A stretch of DNA of 64,000 nucleotides from an uncultured Methanosarcinaceae archaeon (GTDB taxonomy: Archaea > Halobacteriota > Methanosarcinia > Methanosarcinales > Methanosarcinaceae): assembly GCA_963733675.1 (NCBI GenBank), contig CAVTET010000001.1, forward strand, positions 640,001-704,000. Direction: 5' to 3'. A program made the position numbers and the translations under genes. Of the stretch, positions 12,078 to 23,373 are shown one piece after another. Below the pieces are notes generated by a model that was not told where the DNA came from, did no database searches, and saw only the letters and a list, made by a program, of their open reading frames with translations. Every line of letters starts with the position of its first letter. The first letter of the stretch is position 1.

Positions 12078-12226
12078 GGTACTGTTGCAAAAATAATTTT
12101 ACTGCCTTTTTAGGTTATAACTATTGCTTTTTGTATCATTATTGACCTGTTTATGGCATATAAATATCTTATTTGTGATGTTTCTTACTTGTTTTGTAAA
12201 ATAGCCAGATTTTTTGCAACGGAACC
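12078..12226 (-). mobile_element. IS6-related MITE, variant B (149 bp)
   Basis: Ends GGTACTGTTGCAAAAA and TTTTTGCAACGGAACC; its reverse complement is collinear with 35513-35662. Confidence 0.85.
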
Positions 12227-12479
12227 AAACAAAGACTGAAATCTAAATTTATTACTCTGACCTGTTCTAAAGATTGTAGAATTTTCGCAGTTGAAGCATT
12301 TTTCAGCAAATTATGCCAAAATACGATGATTGATATAATATTATAAACATGTCCTAAAATCCTTGATTTGAATAACAGGAAAAAATATCGAAATTGCGTT
12401 TTATGGGAGTCTTTCTGTAAACGAAACCTAAATAATCAGGTGTCGAATGAGGAAAGGAAGAGTTGCTCAATGTGATTTT

Positions 12480-12956
12480 TCAGAGTTTGAAAACATATTT
12501 CCATTCATATCTCCTTTTTTCTAGAGATCTTCTGTTTGCTCCGCTTGAGGAGGGAAGGATTTTTGTCTCGTATCCAATTTCCCTTAGAATCGGCTCGTAT
12601 TTTCCTGATTTTTTGCCATTGAAACAGATCAACCTCAGCTTTGGAGCTATCTCTTTTAATATTGAGAATTGATTTATTTCTTCGTCTCTGATCTTTGAAT
12701 CTCTACTTCCTACCCCATCTCCGGCCTTAAACACATCCCATAAACCGATTCCATTACATTTCAGGGTCTCAAGTCTGCTTCCATAATCCATGCTCTGAAG
12801 ATCTTCACTGATTGCACTGCCAAGCAACTTCCAAAAGTCATTGCCAGGATTCCCATAATACTGATGCTTTTTGATAAATATGTTACCTGGAAGGGATCCG
12901 AGAATAATGATTTCAGTATTTTTATCAATGATTGGTAGAAAACCTTGTTTTATCAT
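12480..12956 (-). CDS. DNA-deoxyinosine (hypoxanthine) glycosylase, UDG superfamily family 6
   Basis: ILGSLPG, QYYGNPGNDFW, GIGLWDV, FNGKK and LPSSSGAN motifs; ATG at 12956 chosen. Confidence 0.85.
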   Translation of the reverse strand: MIKQGFLPIIDKNTEIIILGSLPGNIFIKKHQYYGNPGNDFWKLLGSAISEDLQSMDYGSRLETLKCNGIGLWDVFKAGDGVGSRDSKIRDEEINQFSILKEIAPKLRLICFNGKKSGKYEPILREIGYETKILPSSSGANRRSLEKRRYEWKYVFKL

Positions 12957-13957
12957 TCTTAAAGAAACTGGAATCAAGTATATTTCAAGTTTTGGAAGCG
13001 AAGAAATTCAAATTTTTATTATTCGCTTATAAATATTTCTGCAATAGCTGAAAAGTTTTTGCCTCTGAAAGGGAGCTTGGCGCAAAACTCACTACATAGT
13101 GGTTATAGAATCTACCACCTTTTGAGATAAGTGATACATAACTGAAAAGATCGGTAATTAATACTTAAGATGGATCAATTTTGTAATCACAGACAAAGAG
13201 ACATCTATTTACCATACTTACAAACTCTTCTATCTTTCATGTAGTCTGAAATTAGTTTTTAATACATTAGTTTTTTAGAGCTTACAATTAATATAGGGTG
13301 CATAACTAATATCTTCAGGAGTTTTATTCTTCGATCTTAATTCAATTATAAAATGAAGATTTCTGCTGACATAATGTTGGATAGCATTAAAGTCAATAAC
13401 AATGTCTTGAACCTTAGTTTTAAGATCTACTATCCTGAAAAATTTACTATCAATTTATCTGGAGAAAAAAAATTCCAAGATAATTGGATTATCTATAATT
13501 AAAAATAGTATCTCTGGAGGAATTCTTACTTTTTGTATTTTTGAAATAATATCGTTGGTTACAGACTCAAGAAAATTTGTAGAAGATGCTACAATATGAA
13601 TAAAAATAAAAAACTTTTTGAGAGCTGTGATTTGCCCCGTTAGATAAAATGGTCATAATATAATATTAGATAATTTTGGAAAAATATCTACATCAAACAA
13701 GCTGTGTACATAACAGAATTAAAGTTATTTTTCTTTGTTAAAATCAACGACTCAATTACCTTCATTAATTTTTCACGATTCTACTCCTGATTTGTGAAAA
13801 TGGTTTTGAGACTAACGAAATTCGGAACTACTAAACCAATTAATACTCAATTATCCTATATTCTGTTTAGGAGGAGTTAGATATAATAAATTCAAACGAT
13901 TCAGGGAAAAAAGACGCATCTATCGAACAAAACTATGATAAGACGAAAGATAAAATA

Positions 13958-15325
13958 GTGAAAAATCACATAGCTTTGCTTGAGAGTTACGAACAAAGAT
14001 TGAAAAATCTGGATCCTGAACTTATTACCATAGATGAAGAGATATTCTTAACTGAAGCTTTTATTCATGCTAAAGAAGTTTTTGAGCCTGAGAAACTGGT
14101 AAAATGGTTTACAATAAGAGCCGAACCTTTTTATAGACCAGGATCCTGGGAAGTGGTGTTACCCATGTATGAAGAGCTTCTTGATATTGCAGAAAAAAAA
14201 CTTGGGTCCGAAAATACTGGAACTGCGACTGTACTAACTGGTATGGCAAGGATTTACCGCTACATAGGAAACTACGAGGAGGCCCACAAGCATTTATCAA
14301 GGGCGCTCAAAATTCATGAAATGCTCCCCGGAACTGAACTAGCTGAGATCGGGGACATACTCAGTGAGATGGGCATTCTTAACTATTTGATGGACAAGCA
14401 AGCTCTTTCATATTATACCCAGGCACTGGAAATCCAGAAAAAATTTTCCAGTTCTGAAAACCTTGGTGCCGTCATAACCCTGAACAGAATGGCTTTCTTT
14501 TATAGGGGAATGGAAGAACCCGAAAAAGCTGAAGAATTCTTCAACAGAGCTCTAGAATTTCTTGAAATTTTTCAGGAGCAGAAGCCTGATAAACGAGTGA
14601 TCACGATCTATAAAGCCGGTACCCTGAATAACCTAGGCATTCTGCTTTCCGAGATGGGAAAAATTGAGGAAGCTGAGGATAGATACGGAAAGGCATTAAA
14701 ACTTCAGGATAAAGTATATGGCCCAGAGCACCCGCAGGTAGCTCAGACCTTGAACAACCTTGCTCTGCTATATTTCCAGACTTCAAGATATGAAAAAGCT
14801 CTTATCCTCAACACCAGATCTCTTGAGATCATGGAAAAACTAGGAAAAACCGAACATCCTGGATTTGCCACAACCCTAAACAACCTTGCAGGTATCTATG
14901 TCCATAAAGGGCGCCATGAAAAAGCCCTGGAGCTTTACAAGCGATCCCTTGAAATCCGGGAGCAAATCCTCAGTCCAGAACATCCAGATGTTGCCAAGAC
15001 CTTAAACAACCTGGGAGAACTCTATAGAATCCTTGGCAATCACAAAAAAGCTCTGCACATGTACACCCGCGCTCTCAATATCTACAAAACAACCTTTGGT
15101 AACACCCACCCCGACATAGGTACTACTCTCAACAATCTTGCAGGCCTCCATGAAAGCCTGGGAGAATATAATACTGCAATTGAACTATATGAAAAAGCCC
15201 TTGATATAATTATTAAGGAATATGGATCAGACCATCCTTATTTCAAGATTACACGGAATAATTTAATTAGCCTTTATGATAAAATGAACGGAGCTTGCGA
15301 AGCTGCACTTCAGAAGAGTCAATAG
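13958..15325 (+). CDS. Tetratricopeptide repeat protein (kinesin-light-chain-type ~42-aa repeats)
   Basis: Repeated HPxxAxTLNNLA(G)..Y..ALxI units. Confidence 0.9.
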   Translation: MKNHIALLESYEQRLKNLDPELITIDEEIFLTEAFIHAKEVFEPEKLVKWFTIRAEPFYRPGSWEVVLPMYEELLDIAEKKLGSENTGTATVLTGMARIYRYIGNYEEAHKHLSRALKIHEMLPGTELAEIGDILSEMGILNYLMDKQALSYYTQALEIQKKFSSSENLGAVITLNRMAFFYRGMEEPEKAEEFFNRALEFLEIFQEQKPDKRVITIYKAGTLNNLGILLSEMGKIEEAEDRYGKALKLQDKVYGPEHPQVAQTLNNLALLYFQTSRYEKALILNTRSLEIMEKLGKTEHPGFATTLNNLAGIYVHKGRHEKALELYKRSLEIREQILSPEHPDVAKTLNNLGELYRILGNHKKALHMYTRALNIYKTTFGNTHPDIGTTLNNLAGLHESLGEYNTAIELYEKALDIIIKEYGSDHPYFKITRNNLISLYDKMNGACEAALQKSQ

Positions 15326-17415
15326 AGAGAATAACATTTAACATTGAATTCGTTTGCATCAAGGCAACAAAATTCAGCTCTATTACTCTTTATAGCGCTG
15401 ATAGCCTCGAGAAACTCTCAAAAAGAATCAATTCCATGGATATATAATTTTTATATAATTGATATAGACTTTTGGGAGAGAATGATAATATTTGTTTGAT
15501 ATTTAAAAAAACCAGAAGAGAATCATCTCCAATGGAAAAATATTCATTAATCTATTCTTAGTATTGTAACATCTCAAACTCTTTGTATCAAATCACTAAA
15601 ATAGAGTAGTTATGGCCATAACATTTGTTATTTATATACATATCCATTCACTTCTGGTCACAAATAAAAGCATTTTTCGAAAGCTTAGCATAAGCTAGAC
15701 AAATAAGAATACTTTGAAACCCTAATTTGACAGTTCGATTTTTATGTTGGGAGAAGATTTTCATAGTTTAGAAGAATTAAGAAGTAATATTACGGTCAAT
15801 AAATTTTTCCCCCATTTATGATGATTTTCTTTTGACAGATAATTATCTGCCCTAAAATGGTTATTTTCTTCAAATTTTTGATTTTGAATTTGCAAATTAT
15901 ATTGAAATAAATAAATATTTAATAAGTATATTGATTTGTACAGCAAAAACGCTAAAATAGAACAAGATTTATGATTTAATAATATCCTTTACTCCATAGG
16001 GTTAGGAAATGACAGATACAAGATAATTTTAATAATATTTTTGATGACTGCTAATTGATTTTGGATGAGAATATGAGGTTTCATTCCAAATGGAATTTAT
16101 ATTATCAAACTAAGGTTATAGATTTTTCAAAATATCACATCTCACATTATTGATGAGGGAGCATCGCATATTCCATTTACCACAAATTATTAATACTTAG
16201 CATATCGTGTTTATCGAGATGACCAGAATTACTAATCGCTTACACAAAAACGTGTTGAGTGTTATTATGGACATTTTAGAAATGGATCATTTCCGCGAGC
16301 CTGAACTTGAAGAGGTTCAGTTTTTCCTTGAAAGTACTGGAACTCACGGTTCTATTGTTCATGAAAATGCTGTGGAAATGAACTGTACATCCTCCAAAAT
16401 TCAATCCAGGGAGAATGTATTGATCGATTTCAATAATTCCTTTCCATCCATTAACTAACACCCCCTAAAATATTTTAACCCTCGAACTGAAACCCAAACC
16501 TGTAACTATTTCCATTTTGAAGTTAATTTTGGATTTCAGCCCATTTTTTTGATACTTTTATCTGTTTTCCCTACTTATGTCCTTATTTTCAGAGTATATT
16601 GATGTCAATTTTTTTTGAGATCCTAATTTAGATTAAAGTACATGACTAACTTGATTTCTCAAGTCCTTTAATGCTAGATTAAGAGTATTTCAATAAATCT
16701 CTGATTTTCACGAGTCGTTTATATAACATTTATAAGTATATGATAAAATAGAGGGGGCAGCAAAATCCTCTATGTCTTTCTGAGTTTTAGAAATGTTAGT
16801 TTTTACTGTGAGTACCATAATTACTTGGAACTACTTAAAAAATTATTTCGAATCCAAAATTGAATGATAACTCTAAACAATATCAAGTATAATTGAATGA
16901 AAACAAAACACAGATACTCAGCTTACAAAAATTCTTTGGCTAATATCAATTTAGACTCAATGGATACTTTGATCACTAATTGATTGAGAAGTAAAAAACA
17001 AGATCAATAACCAACAGTTAAAGAAAAAAAGCCTACTGAAATTTATTCAGTAAATCTTAGTAAAGATGGTTGTTGATTTTGTTTTCTCCAGAGATTGCAG
17101 TTACAAAAAAAATAGCTTAGTTTAACGCTGAAGAGATGATGCAATGAAAAATAAAATAGACAGAATTTAGGATAGTGATTATTCTACACTAATTGTACCC
17201 AAACACAAGCTGATTTAACGCGTATCAGGCCAATTTAAACTGAATATTTTTTTATTTCTCTATCAGATAGCACTTGAGACTAATACTGTGAAAGAAAAAA
17301 AATCACCATTTCAACACTTTTCTGCAAAACTAGTGAAAAATTGTAGGATTTTACTGGATATATGACACAGTTGGTGAGAGTACTTAACCAAAAAATTAAT
17401 AATTACTTACATCCC

Positions 17416-18363
17416 TCAAATTTCTCCAAGCTCCCAACACAAGTGCTCTTTTATAATTACATATGCTATAGCAGGAGAGATTATCCCGACATCAGTTACT
17501 ATCATGTCAATGTATCTGGCAGGAGTGAAATCAAAAGCCGGATTTTTTACCTGCAAGTGAGATAGATTTGCAATTAATAAAGGATCGACAATTTCATCAG
17601 AACTTCTTTCTTCGATTTCGATGAGATCTCCAACAATTGTACTTGGGCTAAACTTGAAGGTCTCGGCAGCTACCATGAAAATCTTTCTTGCCTCATGGGC
17701 GGCAAGAGCAAGTTGAGAGGTCCCGATTTTATTTACCAGCGTACCATTAGTTGAAATTGCATCGGCTCCAACAATTACCATATCTACATCTTTCATGTAG
17801 TAACGCACTGCAGAGTCCACAATCAGAGTTGTAGGGATACCAAATTTATTAAGATGATGGATCGTAGATAGGCCCTGGCGTCTAGGGCGACTTTCGGTGA
17901 CAATTACTGAAATGGCTTTCCCATTCTCAAAAGCCGTAGTAATAATGGAAAGAGCAGCATGAGAATTGCAGTGGGTCATAATAATATCCCCATCTTTGAT
18001 TCTTCTTGCACCTATTTTCCCGATTTTTTCGAGGGCTTTGTCAGCTCTCTCGATGAAAAGATTTGCATTCCCAATAATTTCCTTCCTTGCTTCTTCTATA
18101 TTTCCTGAAGAATACTTAGTAACAAGTTTTACAGCATTAGGGAGAGAAACAGCTGTAGGACGAGTACTTATAAGAAAACTAGAAGCTTCTCGAATGCAAG
18201 TATTGAATTCCTCCATTGAAACTACTTCTAGGCCTTCAGCATAATCTCTGATGGCTTCAGCAGCAGCTTTTGCAATCCGGCCTGCTCCCCGTAGTTCCAT
18301 TGTCCTAATTTTTTCTGCGGTTTTCTTAAGTTTTTGCATATTATCAGAAATAGCAAGAGTCAA
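17416..18363 (-). CDS. Ribose-1,5-bisphosphate isomerase (eIF-2B-like family)
   Basis: MELRGAGRIA, TRPTAVSL, THCNS (catalytic Cys), ESRP, VGADA (catalytic Asp), NKIGT, NPAFD; true start probably MQKL at ~18339. Confidence 0.9.
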   Translation of the reverse strand: MTLAISDNMQKLKKTAEKIRTMELRGAGRIAKAAAEAIRDYAEGLEVVSMEEFNTCIREASSFLISTRPTAVSLPNAVKLVTKYSSGNIEEARKEIIGNANLFIERADKALEKIGKIGARRIKDGDIIMTHCNSHAALSIITTAFENGKAISVIVTESRPRRQGLSTIHHLNKFGIPTTLIVDSAVRYYMKDVDMVIVGADAISTNGTLVNKIGTSQLALAAHEARKIFMVAAETFKFSPSTIVGDLIEIEERSSDEIVDPLLIANLSHLQVKNPAFDFTPARYIDMIVTDVGIISPAIAYVIIKEHLCWELGEI

Positions 18364-18899
18364 TTTATAGCTATCTTCTAGTATTTCGGGATCTTCTAAA
18401 ATAATAATTCAGATTTTATTTATTTTATCATAGATATCCTTTTAGTAATCAAAAAGATATTCCCTCACTGAAGGGGGCAGAGTCGAAACACATTATATAT
18501 CCTCGATAATCGAGCATCTCAGCAGAAAAAGACGAACTGATATCCAAAAACCGAATGTAATCAGCAGCAGCAACTCCAAAATCATGATAGCATTTCCCTG
18601 AAATTTATAATTATATCTAGCATTAGTACACCTATCTAGATGCAGTTTCTATGACTATTTAAGCCTGAAAGAGAATACAATTCATTTAAGACCATTTGGT
18701 TCTCGTAGTTCTTAACTTAATTAAAAATATAATTTAATAACAAATTAATAATATAGCTATCGAAAAAAGTAAAAATTATGAAGTTGATTGTATATTTCCT
18801 AGGCTAAATACCTGGGGTTTCACTTTTTGTCTTATAAATCATACTTAACATAATTATCTTGCCAATATTAATCATATATTGATTATATATTCAAAATTA

Positions 18900-19062
18900 T
18901 ATCTAAGAAGCTAATTGTCCTCTAACTTATGGTATAGCCATTCTCGATAACAGCGACAACTGCAAGCGCAGGTTAATTGGGAGCAAGATGATCATCACTA
19001 TCATCATTGCCATGTTCCCTATTATCATTGACATTATATTAGTGACATCATGAGCACCACTG
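18900..19062 (+). pseudogene. Relic of a small secreted His-rich protein
   Basis: One frame reads SKKLIVL*LMV*PFSITATTASAG (eroded signal peptide like that of 23374-23889); a shifted frame reads WEQDDHHYHHCHVPYYH*. Confidence 0.4.
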
Positions 19063-19112
19063 ATAATATAGATATTATCTGTGTGGTTCTGAAACTTAAT
19101 AGCTAAATCAAT

Positions 19113-19394
19113 ATGAAGAGGATAAATATGGCTAGAACTAAATTAGATTATACAATCACAACGATTTCATTAATCACTTTGTTGGCATTTCTAATCTTCG
19201 AGATAATCGCAGGTGCAGATCCATCATCAGAAGAATTAATCCATAAAGGGATCGAGCTTACGACATCAGAAAAGTACGATGAAGCAATAAATGCATATGA
19301 CAAAGCAATTGATATTAACCAGACGGGCGAAAATGAAAGAGAATATTTGTGGATAAGGGAGTTTTTTTCAGATAAATTATTATTTACAAAATAA
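19113..19394 (+). pseudogene. Truncated secreted TPR protein (one repeat left)
   Basis: Signal ending IAGA, then HKGIELTTSEKYDEAINAYDKAIDIN; paralogous to the start of 56596-57447, after which homology ends. Confidence 0.7.
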
Positions 19395-19765
19395 GGGTTT
19401 TATGCCTGAAAAGATAAAATACGAATAAGCGAATCGCAAAAATATCCATTTTGTGAAAATGTTCCGTGTGTAAATTATAAATATAGTCATATTCTTTTGA
19501 ATATATCAAAAATTATTTGCCTTTCAAAGTTTGGTGTTTATCAAATTTATGCGATGTTTTCTCCGAATTCTGAAATTTTGATCAAAAATGAATTAATATG
19601 TAAGAAACTCCAAATTTTTCGATTATAAAGATACTAAATGATGATTACATGATCAGAATTAGAGATGTTAAAACACTCAGAATCAGGTTGATGAATATTC
19701 CCAATCAGATGAAACTATCTTCGAATTATTTTTAATTAATAATATAGGGAAAAGGGACTTAATGC

Positions 19766-20812
19766 ATGATCAATAAACAAAAGTTGTATTCGATAGCCTT
19801 AGGTTCAATAACTGTGATTTTAGTACTGGCGGGTATCGCAGGAGGTACGCCATTTGCATATATTACGAATTCCGGCAGCAATAATGTATCTGTAATTGAC
19901 ACAGCGACCAATACTGTTAAAGCCACTGTTTCTGTTGGATATAATCCTCTAGGAGTTGCAGTCACACCAGATGGAACAAAGATATATGTGGTAAACGAAT
20001 ACAACAACACTATCTCTGTAATTAACACAGCTACAAACAGCATTACATCCACCGTGAATGTAGGAAATGATCCTTGGGGAATTGCAGTAACACCGGATGG
20101 AACAAAGGTATATGTGACGAACTACGGCAGCAACAATGTCTCTGTGATTAATACAACAACTAACACTGTTACAGCCACAGTGAGTATAGGAAAAGAACCT
20201 ATGGGAGTTGCAGTCATACCCGATGGAACAAAGGTATATGTAACGAACCACGGCAGCAACAATGTCTCTATAATTGACATAGCCACAAATAATATTACAG
20301 CAACTGTGAATGTAGGAAATGATCCTTGGGGAGTCGCAGTAACACCGGATGGAACAAAGGTATATGTGACTAACTCGAAATTTGACAGCCCAGGAACTGT
20401 CTCTGTAATTGACATGGCCACAAATAATGTTACAGCGAAGGTTAATGTAGGAAACAATCCAATTGGAGTTGCAGTCAGTCCAGGTGGAACAAAGGTTTAT
20501 GTGACAAACGAATACGACAACAATATATCTATAATTGACACAGCAACGGACACTGTTATAACCACCGTAAATACGGGATCCTTACCTTTGGGTGTTGCCG
20601 TCACGCCAGATGGAACAAAGGTATATGTGATAAACCTGAATAGCAACAATGTCTCTGTAATTAATGCAAGGACTAATATTGTTTCAGCCAGTGTACCTGT
20701 AGGAAGCCAGCCTTATGGAATTTCAGTCACCCAGGACGGGAAAAAAGTAGGTCTAATGAACGGAGATGAAACGGTTTATGGGATTGACACAGCCACAAAT
20801 ACTGCTGCATAG
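19766..20812 (+). CDS. YVTN beta-propeller surface protein
   Basis: Signal peptide, seven ~42-aa P.GVAVTPDGTKVYVTN..NNVSVID repeats plus a degenerate eighth; no PKD domain or anchor. Confidence 0.92.
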   Translation: MINKQKLYSIALGSITVILVLAGIAGGTPFAYITNSGSNNVSVIDTATNTVKATVSVGYNPLGVAVTPDGTKIYVVNEYNNTISVINTATNSITSTVNVGNDPWGIAVTPDGTKVYVTNYGSNNVSVINTTTNTVTATVSIGKEPMGVAVIPDGTKVYVTNHGSNNVSIIDIATNNITATVNVGNDPWGVAVTPDGTKVYVTNSKFDSPGTVSVIDMATNNVTAKVNVGNNPIGVAVSPGGTKVYVTNEYDNNISIIDTATDTVITTVNTGSLPLGVAVTPDGTKVYVINLNSNNVSVINARTNIVSASVPVGSQPYGISVTQDGKKVGLMNGDETVYGIDTATNTAA

Positions 20813-21146
20813 ACACAGTAAAAATAGAATCCGAATCTGTTGCATCCGGATAGTTAATATACTTTGTTCCAGCACAAGAGCCCTTCATGATGCAGACTTC
20901 ATTGATATAGAGCTTAGGCAGTTGCCTGCTTTGAGGCAATTTTAAGTTTCACAATTTTTGAAGTTAATCACTAGGTCACATAAAATACTTGTTTGGCCAC
21001 AATACAGAGTCAATCAAATTTCACATAACTTTCGGGATACTGTCTATACAAGTAATGTACCAAAGTTCTGTAAAATAGAATAGGGGTCACGTATCGAAAC
21101 TGGAAAAAAGAATTCATGGTGAAAATTTTGGTGACTCTTATAATTC

Positions 21147-21596
21147 TCAAAACATATCCAACTTCGCTAGAATTTGTTTTATAAGTAAATCTGTTTCATG
21201 AACTGTTATCTCAATATTTTCGTTTTTGTTCTCTGAGACTGCATTAATTTTCCTATATATCAGCCTTCCAAATTCGTCACTGAAACGGCGTTCAAGCATC
21301 CACATACAAACTTGACAATTTTCATCTTTTGCAGCGTCATTTAGGCGTTCCAGAAGAGCTTTTGCAGCATCAGCGTTCCGCTTTGTAATGTGCTTATAGA
21401 ACTGATAGTATTTCCCATATTTCTCTGTCTTCCCCTTGTTCATCCAAGAATTGAAAGTTTGGTAGGTTATACCAACAGATTCGGAAGCCAGCGAGCATGT
21501 GAATCCCAAAGCAATATTGTCACCGATTTTCTTGGTTATAGCAGGGGATAATTTAGAAGGTCTGACATGATCGCACCGTTTTTCAGTTTCTTTCAA
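21147..21596 (-). CDS. Phage terminase small subunit-like / HTH DNA-packaging protein-like
   Basis: RPSKL N-terminus, HTH-like ASESVGITYQTFNSWMNKG, helical middle and WMLERRF..EFG pattern resembling TerS-like proteins. Confidence 0.55.
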   Translation of the reverse strand: MKETEKRCDHVRPSKLSPAITKKIGDNIALGFTCSLASESVGITYQTFNSWMNKGKTEKYGKYYQFYKHITKRNADAAKALLERLNDAAKDENCQVCMWMLERRFSDEFGRLIYRKINAVSENKNENIEITVHETDLLIKQILAKLDMF

Positions 21597-21980
21597 TAAT
21601 ATATGTAGGTCTTAGTTTAAATATTTGCTTAGTTTAATTATGCACGGAGCCGAGCTTTGGGCCATTAAGTCCTAAATCGAACGATTGTGGGGCGATATAA
21701 GGCGTTTTCTTGAGTAGGTTAGGTTTCTCAAAGGACTTCAATGAAAGTCTATCTAGTAAGCCCAGATTAAACCATTTTTCGACCAAATTGAATCACCCTA
21801 CTTTTACTACCATATTACGATAGGTACCTTCGAGATATTTTCTATATATATTTATTGCTTTAAAATAATGTAAATTACATTATAAAAATAATTATTTGGA
21901 TTTTAAGATAGGACTTCACATAGAAAACAAATCAAACACATTGAACATAAAACCTAACTGTAGATTTGCCCAATTTTTGT

Positions 21981-22953
21981 TTAGGCGTGACGGCTACAGT
22001 AAGTGCAGATAATTGCTGTGATGGAAAAGAGAACTTTAATAAGGGGAATTTTAACGGAAACTGTAATGGAAATGTAAATCTTGGTTTTTTTTAATGGAAA
22101 AATTAACGATAATTTGAACGTCGGCAACCAAACATGTGGATGTGAAAACAAAACATCACCGCCACCAAGCATTAAAAATAAATTTACTGATATTGCTTAT
22201 GCTACTAAATCAGAAACACAAAAACTTGATATACTTGATATATATATGCCAAATGGAGGGAAAGGTCCTTTCCCTGTGATTAGAGCATTTAACGGAGGGG
22301 GATTTTCTGAGGGCGATAAGAGTAGAGATTATACAGATTATATGTTGCAGGGCTTAAATCATGGTTATGCAGTGGTAACTGTTGATTATCGTTTGAGTGG
22401 CGAGGCTAAATTCCCAGCAGCAATAAATGATGCAAAAACAGCTATTCGTTTTATTAAAGTTAATGCTGCTCAATATAATTTAAATCCAAATAAGATTGCC
22501 CTATGGGGAACTTCAGCAGGTGGAAATCTTGCACAGGCACAACAAGTGGCACAAACAATTGCTATGATATATCTATCAGCAATGCAAACGTTTCGGATAA
22601 TGTAACAGTAGTAGTTGATTGGTATGGGCCCACAAATTTTTGTGTTATAGATAAACAATTCACAGAAAGTGGAATTAGAGAGCAAGTAGATGGGGTTCCA
22701 TTTTGTAATACCGAAGGTTATTCTCTGTCAAAATATAGGGTTAGATATCTCAAAGGTACCAGATCTGTGTAAACAAGCAGATCCTACGATTTATATAACT
22801 TCAAAGTGCCCCCCATTTTTGATTCAGCATGGCACACTGGATTTCGTAGTTCCAAAGCAGCAATCAGTTGACCTTACAGCTGCAATCAAAAAAGAAATAG
22901 GACAGGACAAAGTAACCCTTATATTACTTGACGGTGCAGGCCACGACATATAA
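21981..22953 (+). pseudogene. Secreted alpha/beta hydrolase (HSL-like esterase), frameshifted
   Basis: NGGGF oxyanion motif, VDYRL, GTSAGG nucleophile, HGTLD and GAGH spread over ORFs 22081-22605, 22503-22772 and 22690-22953; signal and N/G-rich linker lie upstream of a T8 run at 22085-22092. Confidence 0.82.
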
Positions 22954-23373
22954 CCCTTTCTTTTATTAAATGGAACAATCAACCGTGGTGAAGATTCTGC
23001 ACTGCTGAAAATATGGATAAAGTGTTTGCATTCCTAGATAAGTATAGGAAATAATTATACCTACTTTGAAAACCCCTGAATAGTACTCACAAAAGCTTTG
23101 AAAAAAGTTGCTGAAAAGCCGGGAGTTAAAATCAGAATAATAGTGACTTCCCATTAATTTCAAGGAAGGACAAAACAATAAGTGTCGCAGAAGATTAAAA
23201 AGAAATGGACAACGTCGATTACCTTCAGAAATGTCATTATTGCCCTGGAAAATTAGGTGACCAAACCCATTTAAATTATGCATGGAGATTACAGCAATCA
23301 ACATGAAATTAACAACAATCATATATTATGTATATTGTCAAGGGGATAATCAATTTGGCTATGCGTCGCCAGA

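Noticed and set aside
16207-16461. Short overlapping ORFs; similar cases at 1650-2280, 4600-5040 and 41800-42600
   Set aside because: They look like decayed coding DNA, but no family could be recognised without a search.
11426-21080. GTG(T/C)(G/A)CCAAA(A)GTTCTGTAAAA-like motif at ~11430 and ~21055 (reverse partial at ~7960)
   Set aside because: Possibly old IS ends, but they are unpaired and too short to define an element.
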